In this document: positions 1 through 7,667 of the stretch, piece after piece | Layout: the number at the start of each line of letters is the position of its first letter | How positions within the stretch are numbered: the stretch's first letter is position 1 | DNA from: Anaerolineales bacterium | GTDB lineage: Bacteria; Chloroflexota; Anaerolineae; Anaerolineales; RBG-16-64-43 | Length of the DNA: 32,820 bases | Assembly (NCBI GenBank): GCA_046260075.1 | Contig: JBJYXS010000338.1 | Span: 1-32,820, forward strand | Direction of reading: 5' to 3' | Program-made: the position numbers and the translations under genes | The notes under the pieces: generated by a model | Database searches by the model: none | What the model was told of the DNA's origin: nothing | Seen by the model: the letters and a program-made list of their open reading frames with translations, nothing else

Positions 1-1498
1 CGGGCCCCTGCGGGCGCGTCACGCCGCGCTGGTCGGTTCCCGAACAGGTCGGCGGCGCGGCGGAGTCGATCGCCGGGCTGACGGCGTCGAGCGCGTGGGT
101 GAGCGTCAGGCCGCCGTTCATCGCCAGCGGATCGAGCATCGGATCCGTGTTGACCAGGTCGCCGGCATGCGTAAAGGAGCAGGTGTCGGCGCTGTCGATG
201 TTGTACCCGCTCGAGGAGGGGATCAGCCCCGAGCAGTTGTCCGTGCCGTTGCGGGAAAGGATCGTGTTTTGGAACCAGACCGTTCCCATGACGTGATGGA
301 CGCCGTCGACGGCGTTTTCGGCGATGGTCGAGTAGGTCGCTTCCAGCTTCCCGTTGGCAACCTGCGCGGCGCCGCCCTGGGCGGCCTGGTTTCCGCTGAC
401 GGTGGAATGGTCCAGGTCCACCTCCCCCAGCACGCCGGTTTGGAGAATCGCGCCCCCCTCGCCCGAGGCCTGGTTGCCGTTGAGCAGGCTTTGGGCGAAC
501 TCCGCGCGGCCTTCATTGTAGATCCCGCCGCCGGAAACGGACTGGTTGGCGGTGAGCGCGCTCTCGCTGGATTTGACGAATCCGTCTTCCGTGTTGAAAA
601 CGCCGCCGCCGACGCCCCCGGCGGTGTTGCCCTGGAGCGTGCTTTGATAGAGGAGAATTCTCCCGCTGTTGCGAATTCCGCCGCCGTCGGTTCCGGCGCT
701 GTTGTTGACGACCCGGGAACGGGAGATGATGAATCCGTCGACCCCCACGTTCTGCTGCAGGTCCAATCCGCCGCCGGTCAGCGCGGAGATGTTATCCGAA
801 ACGGTGCTGTCCCAAATGCCGCCGCCGGGCGTGATGGCGCCGTACATCAGGTTGGCGATCACCACGATTCCCGCGCCCATATCGGCGCTGTTGCCGGTGA
901 CGGTCGAATGGTCGACGAGAAGCACGCCGTACCCCTCGCTGAGAATCCCGCCGCCGTGGGAGGTTCCGGGGCCCGGCGCCGCGACGGCCGTGTTGTGGCG
1001 GACGGTGGAGTTATCCGCCAGGCGCAAGTACCCGGTGTTGAGGATACCGGCCCCCTCCTTGGCGCGTCCGTTTTGGACGATCAGGTTCAGCATGGTGGCG
1101 TGGGCCGGGTGATTTTGTATCTGGAACACCCGGTCCAGTTGGTTGCCGTCGATGACGGGGTTGCCGATCCCGGAAAAGATGGTTTCGTCGGTCACGTCCA
1201 GATCGCCTGTCGCGGCGGCGTCCTCGCCGGCGCCCGGGATAGTGAGGGTGTATGTCCCGGCCGGAATCCGGATTTCCTGCTGACCGGGGCAGGTGTTGGT
1301 GAAGATCACCGCTTCGCGCAGCGAGCAGTCCGCCGCCGAGCAAACTCCATCGTTGGTATCGGCGGTCTTGGTGACCGTGACGCTCAGCGTGGAGCAGGGC
1401 AGCGGCGCGGTGGAAGGGCTGCAGCCGGCCAGGAAGAACACGGCTTGTGAAAGTCCGATGAAAACCGATCCGCGGATGATTTTTTTTAGCAGCATCAT
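1..1498 (-). CDS. Parallel beta-helix repeat lipoprotein with CSLREA motif and a choice-of-anchor-Q-like C-terminal region. Partial: the 3' end runs off the window.
   Basis: Missing from the ORF track because the frame stays open to position 1. My own minus-strand translation from ATGATG (1498/1495) gives MMLLKKIIRGSVFIGLSQAVFFLAGCSPS, a signal peptide with an LAGC lipobox. It continues with TNDGVCSAADCSLREAVIFTN (literal CSLREA) and many Gly/Asn-rich beta-helix repeats (GGGIxN, STVSGNxA). Near the edge it reads DPMLDPLAMNGGLTLTHALDAVSPAIDSA...CSGTDQRGVTRPQGP. AGGAGGA (1508-1514) lies 9 nt upstream of the ATG. The 451-aa plus-strand ORF 95..1450 is its antisense shadow. Confidence 0.8.
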   Translation of the reverse strand, partial: MMLLKKIIRGSVFIGLSQAVFFLAGCSPSTAPLPCSTLSVTVTKTADTNDGVCSAADCSLREAVIFTNTCPGQQEIRIPAGTYTLTIPGAGEDAAATGDLDVTDETIFSGIGNPVIDGNQLDRVFQIQNHPAHATMLNLIVQNGRAKEGAGILNTGYLRLADNSTVRHNTAVAAPGPGTSHGGGILSEGYGVLLVDHSTVTGNSADMGAGIVVIANLMYGAITPGGGIWDSTVSDNISALTGGGLDLQQNVGVDGFIISRSRVVNNSAGTDGGGIRNSGRILLYQSTLQGNTAGGVGGGVFNTEDGFVKSSESALTANQSVSGGGIYNEGRAEFAQSLLNGNQASGEGGAILQTGVLGEVDLDHSTVSGNQAAQGGAAQVANGKLEATYSTIAENAVDGVHHVMGTVWFQNTILSRNGTDNCSGLIPSSSGYNIDSADTCSFTHAGDLVNTDPMLDPLAMNGGLTLTHALDAVSPAIDSAAPPTCSGTDQRGVTRPQGP

Positions 1499-1671
1499 CG
1501 TTCTCCATCCTCCTGCAACGGCGGTCTGTGAAGGGCCGAAGACGCCGGAATCGCCGGCCGACCGGCTGTGGAAGAGTACAATACCGGTGTGCAAAGTGTA
1601 CCCTTAAAGTGCCGGGAACGAATCCAAAAAACCTCCATAGAACCTATACGGGGCCGGTGTTGACCGGAAAA

Positions 1672-2421
1672 ATGGCTGATCTGGAGCGGGAAATCGTCCG
1701 CTGCCGCCGCTGCCCGCGATTGGTGGAATGGCGCGAACAGGTGGGGCGCGAAAAGCGGCGCGCCTACCGCGCGGAGATATATTGGGCCCGGCCGCTTCCC
1801 GGTTTCGGCGACGAACGCGCTCGCGTGCTGGCTGTGGGGCTTGCGCCGGGAGCGCATGGATCGAATCGCACCGGGCGCATGTTCACCGGCGACGCATCCG
1901 GGGATTTCCTGTTCCCCGCTCTGTTTCGGGCCGGATTCTCATCCCGCCCGGAGTCCGTCGCGCGCGACGATGGGTTGGAGCTGCGCGGCCTGTTCATCAC
2001 CGCGGTGTGCCGTTGTGTTCCGCCGGGAAACAAACCCACTCCGGAGGAGATCCGCAATTGCCTTCCGTTCCTGGAAGAGGAAATCCGGTTGCTGGGCGGG
2101 TTGTGCGGGATAGTGGCGTTGGGGAAGATCGCCTATGATTCGTTGGGCCGTATGTATCCCGTAACGGAACCCGGTCTGTCGGGGATGAAAATCCGTCCGG
2201 ATGGATCCAAACGACGTTCTCCCTCCGGGCGTCCGGCATTTTCGCACGGCCGGCTTTGGAGGATCCGCCGGCCGGCGGAGGACGGCGGAGGACCGTCGTG
2301 GATCCTTGCTTCGTATCATCCCAGCCGGCAGAACACGCAGACCGGGCGGCTGACGCGGGCGATGTTCGACCGGATCTGGCGCACGGCTCGCGCTCTGGCG
2401 CGCACCGAGACGGGAGCGTGA
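1672..2421 (+). CDS. Uracil-DNA glycosylase, family 5 (UdgB-like) with an Fe-S cluster
   Basis: This is the ORF 1528..2421. I place the start at MADLEREIVRCRRCPRLVEW (ATG 1672), because the upstream 48 aa are Arg-rich junk. The motif VGLAPGAHGSNRTGRMFTGD matches the family-5 GLAPxxHGxNRTGR signature rather than the family-4 GEAPG signature. The N-terminal CxxC and later Cys residues fit the Fe-S UDG families. The C-terminal HPS region is present (ASYHPSRQN). Confidence 0.85.
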   Translation: MADLEREIVRCRRCPRLVEWREQVGREKRRAYRAEIYWARPLPGFGDERARVLAVGLAPGAHGSNRTGRMFTGDASGDFLFPALFRAGFSSRPESVARDDGLELRGLFITAVCRCVPPGNKPTPEEIRNCLPFLEEEIRLLGGLCGIVALGKIAYDSLGRMYPVTEPGLSGMKIRPDGSKRRSPSGRPAFSHGRLWRIRRPAEDGGGPSWILASYHPSRQNTQTGRLTRAMFDRIWRTARALARTETGA

Positions 2422-2446
2422 ACCCGTCCGATTCCGTTAATCAAAG

Positions 2447-5218
2447 TCAATCCATAATCGCCATGAAGGTTTCGGCGACCTGCGGATCGAAGTGCTTGCC
2501 GGATTGCGCGATGATGTACTCGCGCGCCTGCTCTTTCGTCCAGGCTTGGCGGTATGGACGGTCCGACGTCGTGGCGTCCCAGACGTCGACGACGGCGAAG
2601 ATCCTCGCCGCCAAGGGGATCTGTTCGCCCTTCAGACCGCGCGGATACCCCGTCCCGTCCCATTTCTCGTGGTGGCAATAGGGGATGTCGAGCGCTTGGC
2701 GGAGGTAGATGATCGGGGAGAGCATCTCGTAAGCGTACAGCGGGTGGCGGCGCATGATATCCCACTCTTCGTGGGTCAGGGCGTCGCGTTTGAGCAGGAT
2801 GCTGTCGGGGATGCCCATCTTCCCCATGTCGTGCAGCAGCGCGCCGCGGCGGATGTGGACGATATGCGATTCCTCGACTCCCATCGCGCGCGCCAACCGT
2901 TCGGTCATTTCGGTGACGCGTTCGGTGTGGCCTTCGGTGCCCTCGTCGCGCAGGTCGAGCGCCCGCGACCAGCCTTCGATCGTGGTGTCGTAGGCGAGAT
3001 TCAGCTCGGCGTTGGAACGCTGCAGGTCGTCGAAGAGCGCGGCATTATCGATGGCGATGGCGGCCTGGACCGTAAGGGATTCCAGGAAGTCGAACCAGTC
3101 CGCGTCCGCCGCCAGAGTCGTGCGGAAGAACACCTCCAGCACGCCCTTCACCTGTCCTTTGACGATCAGCGGCGCGGCGCAGTACGACTTGAACTTCTCG
3201 GAGGAGAATTTCGGCGAGCGGGCGAGGCTCCCCACGTCCACTTCCAGGTTCTGAATGAAGATCAGCCGCCGTTCATGCGCCGCCTGGCCGGCGTATCCTT
3301 CGCCCAGGCGCAGATGGGTGTGGTGCAGGGCGTCGGAACGGAAGCCCTTTCCGGCGACGAATTCCAGAAGCGTGGTCTTGGAATTCAGCAGTAAAACGTC
3401 CACCGCGTCCACGTTCGAACGCCGCGATACTTGGTCGAGCAGGATTTCCAGCGTGAAGTGCAGGTCCAGGCTGGAGCTGATGGTTATATCGATGTCGCGC
3501 AATGTCTGCAGCCGCTCGAGCCGGCGCTGGGTTTCGTCGTACAGGCGCAGGTTTTCCAGCATGGGAGCGACCTGGCTGCCGAGGGTGCGCAGCAACAGGA
3601 TGTCGGCGTGAGGGTAAAAATCGTCCGGATCGCGCCGCCCGAACAGCCAACCCCCGCGGGTTTTTCCGCGGGTTTTCAGGGCGTTGCCCAACCGGACCCT
3701 GGAGATGGGGGCGGCGGCGGCCCGGTCGGCCGGCCGGTACCGGCCGGCCGACCGGATCAACGTTTCCATTTCCCCGAATTCAAGGGGCTTTTCGGGGAGG
3801 TTGATTCCATCCGCGTAAAACAGCGCAAAACCGTTTTCCGTTTTCTGGTACAACGCCGATTCGCGGATCAACAGGCTGGGCGTCACGTCGCGGCCGAGCA
3901 GGCGGATCAGCAGCGCGGGTTCGAACGCCGCCGGCAGCTGCAGCGCGAAATCGCGGACGATATCCTGCGGATTGTGGCGGGCTCCGTAGGCCATGGTGTC
4001 GAACCATTGCTGGAAGCGGGCCCGCAGGCCCGGCGCGGCGATGACAAACACCAGCGTCACCAGCAGGCTGAAAGCCAGCGATTCGTCGGCGAGGCGCAGG
4101 GATTGGCTGGCGATGGAGAACACGAAGATGATCGCCAGGCTGTACAGCAGGATGAAGCTGTACAGGCTCAATGCCCGGTTGGCGCGGAATTCCAGACCGC
4201 CCAAATTGCGTTTATATATCGCATAAAAATAGAACGCCGGCAGTAAGGGGATGGCCAGATAGGTTGCGATCAGGGCCGTTTCGGGCGGGGGATTCCCGCG
4301 GGTCAAGGCCGGGGTGATCACGAACAGCAGGCCGGGCAGGAACGCCAATCCGATGCCGAGGAAAATCAACCGCAGCGCCAGCCGCTCCGGCGCGGTGAGA
4401 CGGGCCAACAGGCGATACATCAGCAGCCCCAGGCTGCCGAGGATGGCGATGATCAGGCCCAAATAAAACATCAGCCCGGGCAGTACTTGGAATATCTCGA
4501 GGACGCCGAGCGTCGCACCGGCGATGTAGAACAGGAGCAGGAAGGGCCGCCGTTGGGAGCGGAAAAGCGGGCTGGGGATTTCCAGGTGGAGGTGGATGTA
4601 GAGCGGCGCGATCAGCCAGGTCAGCATATGGATGATCAGGGACGAGTAGGGGACGAGCGACAGCGACATGCCGACCGCCAGATAGATTGCGGTGATGTAG
4701 TTGAAGATGACCAGCAGCAGCCACCGCCGGTCGCGCGGCCGGATGAGGATCAGCACGGCCGTTCCCGCCATCCAGAAGGGCAGATAGACCAATGCTTGGA
4801 TCAGGTTTTCGAACCGGTCGGAAAAAGTGGGATGGACGAGGATCCACTGCCCGGCGCTGGCGACGCCGTCGTGCAGGAAGGTTATGGTGGCCGAATCCCC
4901 CGGACGGTATCCGGTGAACGGGACAACATTGGGGTTCTGTAAATACTGCTCGAGCGTCATCCCGCCGACCGACAGCAATTGGTCGCCGACCTGCAACGTC
5001 GCTTCGTTTTCCAGGCACCATTGCAGTTGATTGTCCTTGTTGTTCTGGCAGTCGGCAAATCCCGTGACCGTCCAGTTCGCATCGTACTCGACGCCCGGAA
5101 TCGGGGAGAGGTACGTGGCGGCGACGGCGTAAAACAGGCAGATCAGCAACGCCAGGATCGACACCAGCAACAGGAATGCATCGACGAATTGCTGCAGGCC
5201 GGGTCTTTTATCATCCAT
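2447..5218 (-). CDS. Multi-pass membrane sensor with a PDZ-like extracytoplasmic segment, a GAF domain and a C-terminal HD-GYP domain (predicted c-di-GMP phosphodiesterase)
   Basis: 923-aa ORF. It has an N-terminal TM helix followed by LQVGDQLLSVGGMTLEQY...GDSATITFLHDG, which looks PDZ-like. About ten hydrophobic helices follow. The GAF-like block reads GEGYAGQAAHERRLIFIQNL...APLIVKGQVKGVLEVFF. The HD-GYP signatures are LLHDMGKMGIP and HHEKWDGTGYPRGL. Its ATG shares one base with the stop of the upstream gene (TGATG at 5216-5220). Confidence 0.9.
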   Translation of the reverse strand: MDDKRPGLQQFVDAFLLLVSILALLICLFYAVAATYLSPIPGVEYDANWTVTGFADCQNNKDNQLQWCLENEATLQVGDQLLSVGGMTLEQYLQNPNVVPFTGYRPGDSATITFLHDGVASAGQWILVHPTFSDRFENLIQALVYLPFWMAGTAVLILIRPRDRRWLLLVIFNYITAIYLAVGMSLSLVPYSSLIIHMLTWLIAPLYIHLHLEIPSPLFRSQRRPFLLLFYIAGATLGVLEIFQVLPGLMFYLGLIIAILGSLGLLMYRLLARLTAPERLALRLIFLGIGLAFLPGLLFVITPALTRGNPPPETALIATYLAIPLLPAFYFYAIYKRNLGGLEFRANRALSLYSFILLYSLAIIFVFSIASQSLRLADESLAFSLLVTLVFVIAAPGLRARFQQWFDTMAYGARHNPQDIVRDFALQLPAAFEPALLIRLLGRDVTPSLLIRESALYQKTENGFALFYADGINLPEKPLEFGEMETLIRSAGRYRPADRAAAAPISRVRLGNALKTRGKTRGGWLFGRRDPDDFYPHADILLLRTLGSQVAPMLENLRLYDETQRRLERLQTLRDIDITISSSLDLHFTLEILLDQVSRRSNVDAVDVLLLNSKTTLLEFVAGKGFRSDALHHTHLRLGEGYAGQAAHERRLIFIQNLEVDVGSLARSPKFSSEKFKSYCAAPLIVKGQVKGVLEVFFRTTLAADADWFDFLESLTVQAAIAIDNAALFDDLQRSNAELNLAYDTTIEGWSRALDLRDEGTEGHTERVTEMTERLARAMGVEESHIVHIRRGALLHDMGKMGIPDSILLKRDALTHEEWDIMRRHPLYAYEMLSPIIYLRQALDIPYCHHEKWDGTGYPRGLKGEQIPLAARIFAVVDVWDATTSDRPYRQAWTKEQAREYIIAQSGKHFDPQVAETFMAIMD

Positions 5219-6171
5219 CAGGCAACCGCAGTGATTTCCGGCGGAACCGGAATCCCAAGATTCTGCAATAGGTGCACCAATGGCACGATGTACTGATGGA
5301 TCACCGCGTGAAGCGGCGACGGATCGTCAAACGGCGTCTCTTTAAGGATCTTGCGCGCCTCCTGATAGCTTTGACACAATCGGTACATCGCATAGCTCAC
5401 GGCTCCGGAGCGGATCAGGATCTGCTGGGCGGATTTCAGGACGGCCGGATCGTCAACTTGAGTCCGGATGTCCCGAAACCGTTCCCGGTCGGGGTGGTCG
5501 GCGGTCAGTGCGTACAGGAACAACAGGTTGTTGCGTCCCTGTATCCAATCCGGATTGGCCGGAGTGTCAAGGGCGTCCTGGATGTCGTCGTGGATTTGGA
5601 TCGCGTCGCCGGTTATCGCCCCCAGCCGGCGGAGGCTCTCGATGGTTTTTTTCTTCGCCTTGCCGAGAATCCCGCCGATGTGCATGGCCGTGCCGAAATA
5701 CGAAGAGCTTTTCGCGTGGGTCACCTTCCAGTAATTCTCCTCGCCGGTGAGATTGCGCGCGTCGAGGTCCTGGCCGTAGGCCATGGTCAGCGCCATTTGC
5801 GCCAAGGCGTCCATCACCGCCGCCCGCCGGGCGGCGTCCACCGGGGCATTGGCGATGACGCGGAAGGCGATCGACTGGAAACCGAATGAGAGGTTGGCGG
5901 CCATGGCGTCGCCGATCTTGAGATGCTCCCCCCGCGGATCCTCATCCAGCATGTCGTCCACCAACAGGATGCTCAAGATCATGCACAGGATGGCGGCCGA
6001 TCCGGGAGCCACCGCCGATTCGTCGCCTCCCACCGCCCGGCAGGCGCGCAACGGCCATTCCCAAACCTGATGGGGCCGGGCGATATGCCGTTCGAAAATA
6101 TCCGCTATGGCCGGCCAGTCCGCCACTTCCGGCAGGTCCATGACCTGTTTCTTGACATCCTCTATATCCAT
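5218..6171 (-). CDS. Divergent polyprenyl-synthetase-fold protein. Candidate ComQ-like isoprenyl transferase by inference; otherwise a short-chain prenyl diphosphate synthase.
   Basis: 317-aa ORF. The first Asp-rich motif is LLVDDMLDEDPRG and the second is IQIHDDIQDAL. It also has AYGQDLD (GQxxD) and HAKSSSY (KT-like) blocks. The N-terminal GGKRxRP-type motif is degenerate (ERHIARP). GGAGGG lies 5 nt upstream of the ATG. The stop overlaps the start of the HD-GYP gene. Confidence 0.8.
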   Translation of the reverse strand: MDIEDVKKQVMDLPEVADWPAIADIFERHIARPHQVWEWPLRACRAVGGDESAVAPGSAAILCMILSILLVDDMLDEDPRGEHLKIGDAMAANLSFGFQSIAFRVIANAPVDAARRAAVMDALAQMALTMAYGQDLDARNLTGEENYWKVTHAKSSSYFGTAMHIGGILGKAKKKTIESLRRLGAITGDAIQIHDDIQDALDTPANPDWIQGRNNLLFLYALTADHPDRERFRDIRTQVDDPAVLKSAQQILIRSGAVSYAMYRLCQSYQEARKILKETPFDDPSPLHAVIHQYIVPLVHLLQNLGIPVPPEITAVA

Positions 6172-6245
6172 GGGTTCCCTCCGTCATAATTATGGTGAAA
6201 ACCGGCGATTTGGCAACAGGGAAAAACCGGCGGTCCGTTTAAAGT

Positions 6246-6275
6246 CCGTAGCGCGGAGAGCCGTCCGCGCTACGG
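6246..6275 (-). terminator. Perfect 12-bp GC-rich hairpin between the small ORF and the polyprenyl-synthase-like gene (candidate attenuator or partial terminator)
   Basis: CCGTAGCGCGGA (6246-6257) and TCCGCGCTACGG (6264-6275) are exact reverse complements around a 6-nt loop. On the minus strand the hairpin is followed by ACTTTAAAC and, about 20 nt later, by TTTTT. The U-tract is not canonical, so termination efficiency is uncertain. Confidence 0.4.
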
Positions 6276-6388
6276 TGAATTCCGCCTGGAAAGCGGCGCA
6301 TCCGGTGCTTTCTGCCGTCCCTGACCGTCGACCGGCCAAATCCCCCCTGGTCAGTCGCCTGATGCCGCAAGTTGTGATGGATTTGATC

Positions 6389-6532
6389 TCAGCGCCAGTA
6401 GTCCCAGCCGACCAGACTGGTGGCCTTCATTAATTCCTCTGGTTCCTCGATTTCGGTCAGGCCGAATAGCGCCTCAATTAAGGAGCTCTTTTCTTCCGAG
6501 CGCAGAAGGCTGTGGAATTTCTCAATGGACAT
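6389..6532 (-). CDS. Unannotated 47-aa acidic peptide with a Trp-rich C-terminus (candidate pheromone or RiPP precursor)
   Basis: Below the size cut-off of the ORF track. My translation is MSIEKFHSLLRSEEKSSLIEALFGLTEIEEPEELMKATSLVGWDYWR followed by a stop. AAGAGGAGG precedes the ATG, with a 6-nt spacer (GTTCGC). It sits in a 670-bp stretch with no other credible gene, on the same strand as and directly upstream of the polyprenyl-synthase-like gene. There is no independent conservation evidence. Confidence 0.55.
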   Translation of the reverse strand: MSIEKFHSLLRSEEKSSLIEALFGLTEIEEPEELMKATSLVGWDYWR

Positions 6533-6842
6533 GCGAACCCTCCTCTTTAAGCGTGTACAGGACGTGCTCTCTTTGGGCTTTACGGTCGATCCCGGACAGG
6601 ACGGAAGCGGGATATGGCTCGTTTACCCGCATGGGTTAATTATATGTCAATAATGAAAAAAGGCCACTTGACTTTCGGGGGAGGGGAGGGTGGAATAGCA
6701 GCGATTGGCGGCTTGCCGTCGTATGATGAAGCCTTACGAAGGTCACCCGCATAATCCGTGAAGGCTTGGGAAACCGGATTTCGCTGTTCCGCGGATGGCC
6801 GGTCTCGCAGCCCGGCTCCTCTGCGGGAGCGAGATGGAGATA

Positions 6843-7589
6843 TTACCCGGAATCCGCCTCGGCCAACAGATCGCGGGATCGTTCCAGCGGCCGGCCGTCG
6901 ATCGCCCGCACCCGGTATCCGAAGGAATCCAACAGCTCCAGACATTCCCGGTGGACGTTCCCGGAATGGGTGGAGAGAAAGATGGGCGGGCGCCGGCCGG
7001 CGAGGATCCGTCGGGCTCCCCGCAGCGCCAGGGCTTCGGCGCCCTCGATGTCGATTTTCAGCAGGTCCGGCGCGGGCGCGTCTTCCTGTTCCATCCACTC
7101 GTCTACTGCGACGGCGCGCACCTCCAGCGTCCCCTGTCCGCCGATCCGGCCCCGGGATGTGCTGGAATCCGGCTCGAAACGAATCGTCCCGCTCCGTTCG
7201 GCGACCGCCGCTTCGATCACGGTTGCGTTTTCGATCCGGTTTAGCTTCAGATGCCTTCGAAGGAAACCCGCGTTGCGGGGCAGCGGCTCAAAGGCGAACA
7301 CCCGCCCTGCGGCGCCGGCGGCGAAGGAGGAGATCAGCGTGTAATACCCGACGTTGGCTCCCAGGTCGTACACTACTCCGCCGGAGGGAACGGATGCGGC
7401 GAACAGGGCGGTTTTTCCTATTTCGTAACTTCCCAGCCAGTATCCGTGATTGCCGGATCCGACGATCCATTTCCTTCCCCGCACGGGGCCCTGCAGAATG
7501 GGCAGCACGGTCTGGGGCGGTATAAGCCTTAAGGGAAAGCGCAGGATTCTTCCGATCAGCGAGGCGTTGGAAATTCCGGTCCAGTTCAT
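6843..7589 (-). CDS. FkbM-family SAM-dependent methyltransferase
   Basis: 248-aa ORF with VYDLGANVGYYTL (SAM-binding loop), FAFEP and LLKIDIEGAE blocks, all typical of the FkbM family. AAGGAA lies 4 nt upstream of the ATG. Confidence 0.9.
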   Translation of the reverse strand: MNWTGISNASLIGRILRFPLRLIPPQTVLPILQGPVRGRKWIVGSGNHGYWLGSYEIGKTALFAASVPSGGVVYDLGANVGYYTLISSFAAGAAGRVFAFEPLPRNAGFLRRHLKLNRIENATVIEAAVAERSGTIRFEPDSSTSRGRIGGQGTLEVRAVAVDEWMEQEDAPAPDLLKIDIEGAEALALRGARRILAGRRPPIFLSTHSGNVHRECLELLDSFGYRVRAIDGRPLERSRDLLAEADSG

Positions 7590-7667
7590 ATCGTTCCTTG
7601 GATTCGTGCCGGCCGCGGCTGCGGGAGAATACCCGCCGGCCGGATCATTGGGAGCGACGCCGGCTCC

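Noticed and set aside
95-1450. 451-aa plus-strand ORF at the left edge
   Set aside because: It is antisense to the CSLREA beta-helix gene. It has no recognisable motifs and a typical high-GC shadow composition.
6536-6643. 36-aa minus-strand ORF (MRVNEPYPASVLSGIDRKAQREHVLYTLKEEGSHVH) overlapping the start of the 47-aa ORF
   Set aside because: It has no Shine-Dalgarno sequence. Its 3' end contains the ribosome-binding site and start codon of the better-supported 47-aa ORF. It is more likely 5'-UTR.
6639-6650. Adjacent TTGACA and TATAAT hexamers (minus strand) as a promoter
   Set aside because: The hexamers abut with no spacer, so they cannot be the -35 and -10 of one promoter. The partner hexamers at proper spacing (GTGGCC as -35, or GGTAAA as -10) are poor. 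I kept this only as a remark under the small-ORF finding.
6420-6653. 77-aa plus-strand track ORF
   Set aside because: It is antisense to the 47-aa ORF, has no ribosome-binding site and has no gene context on the plus strand.
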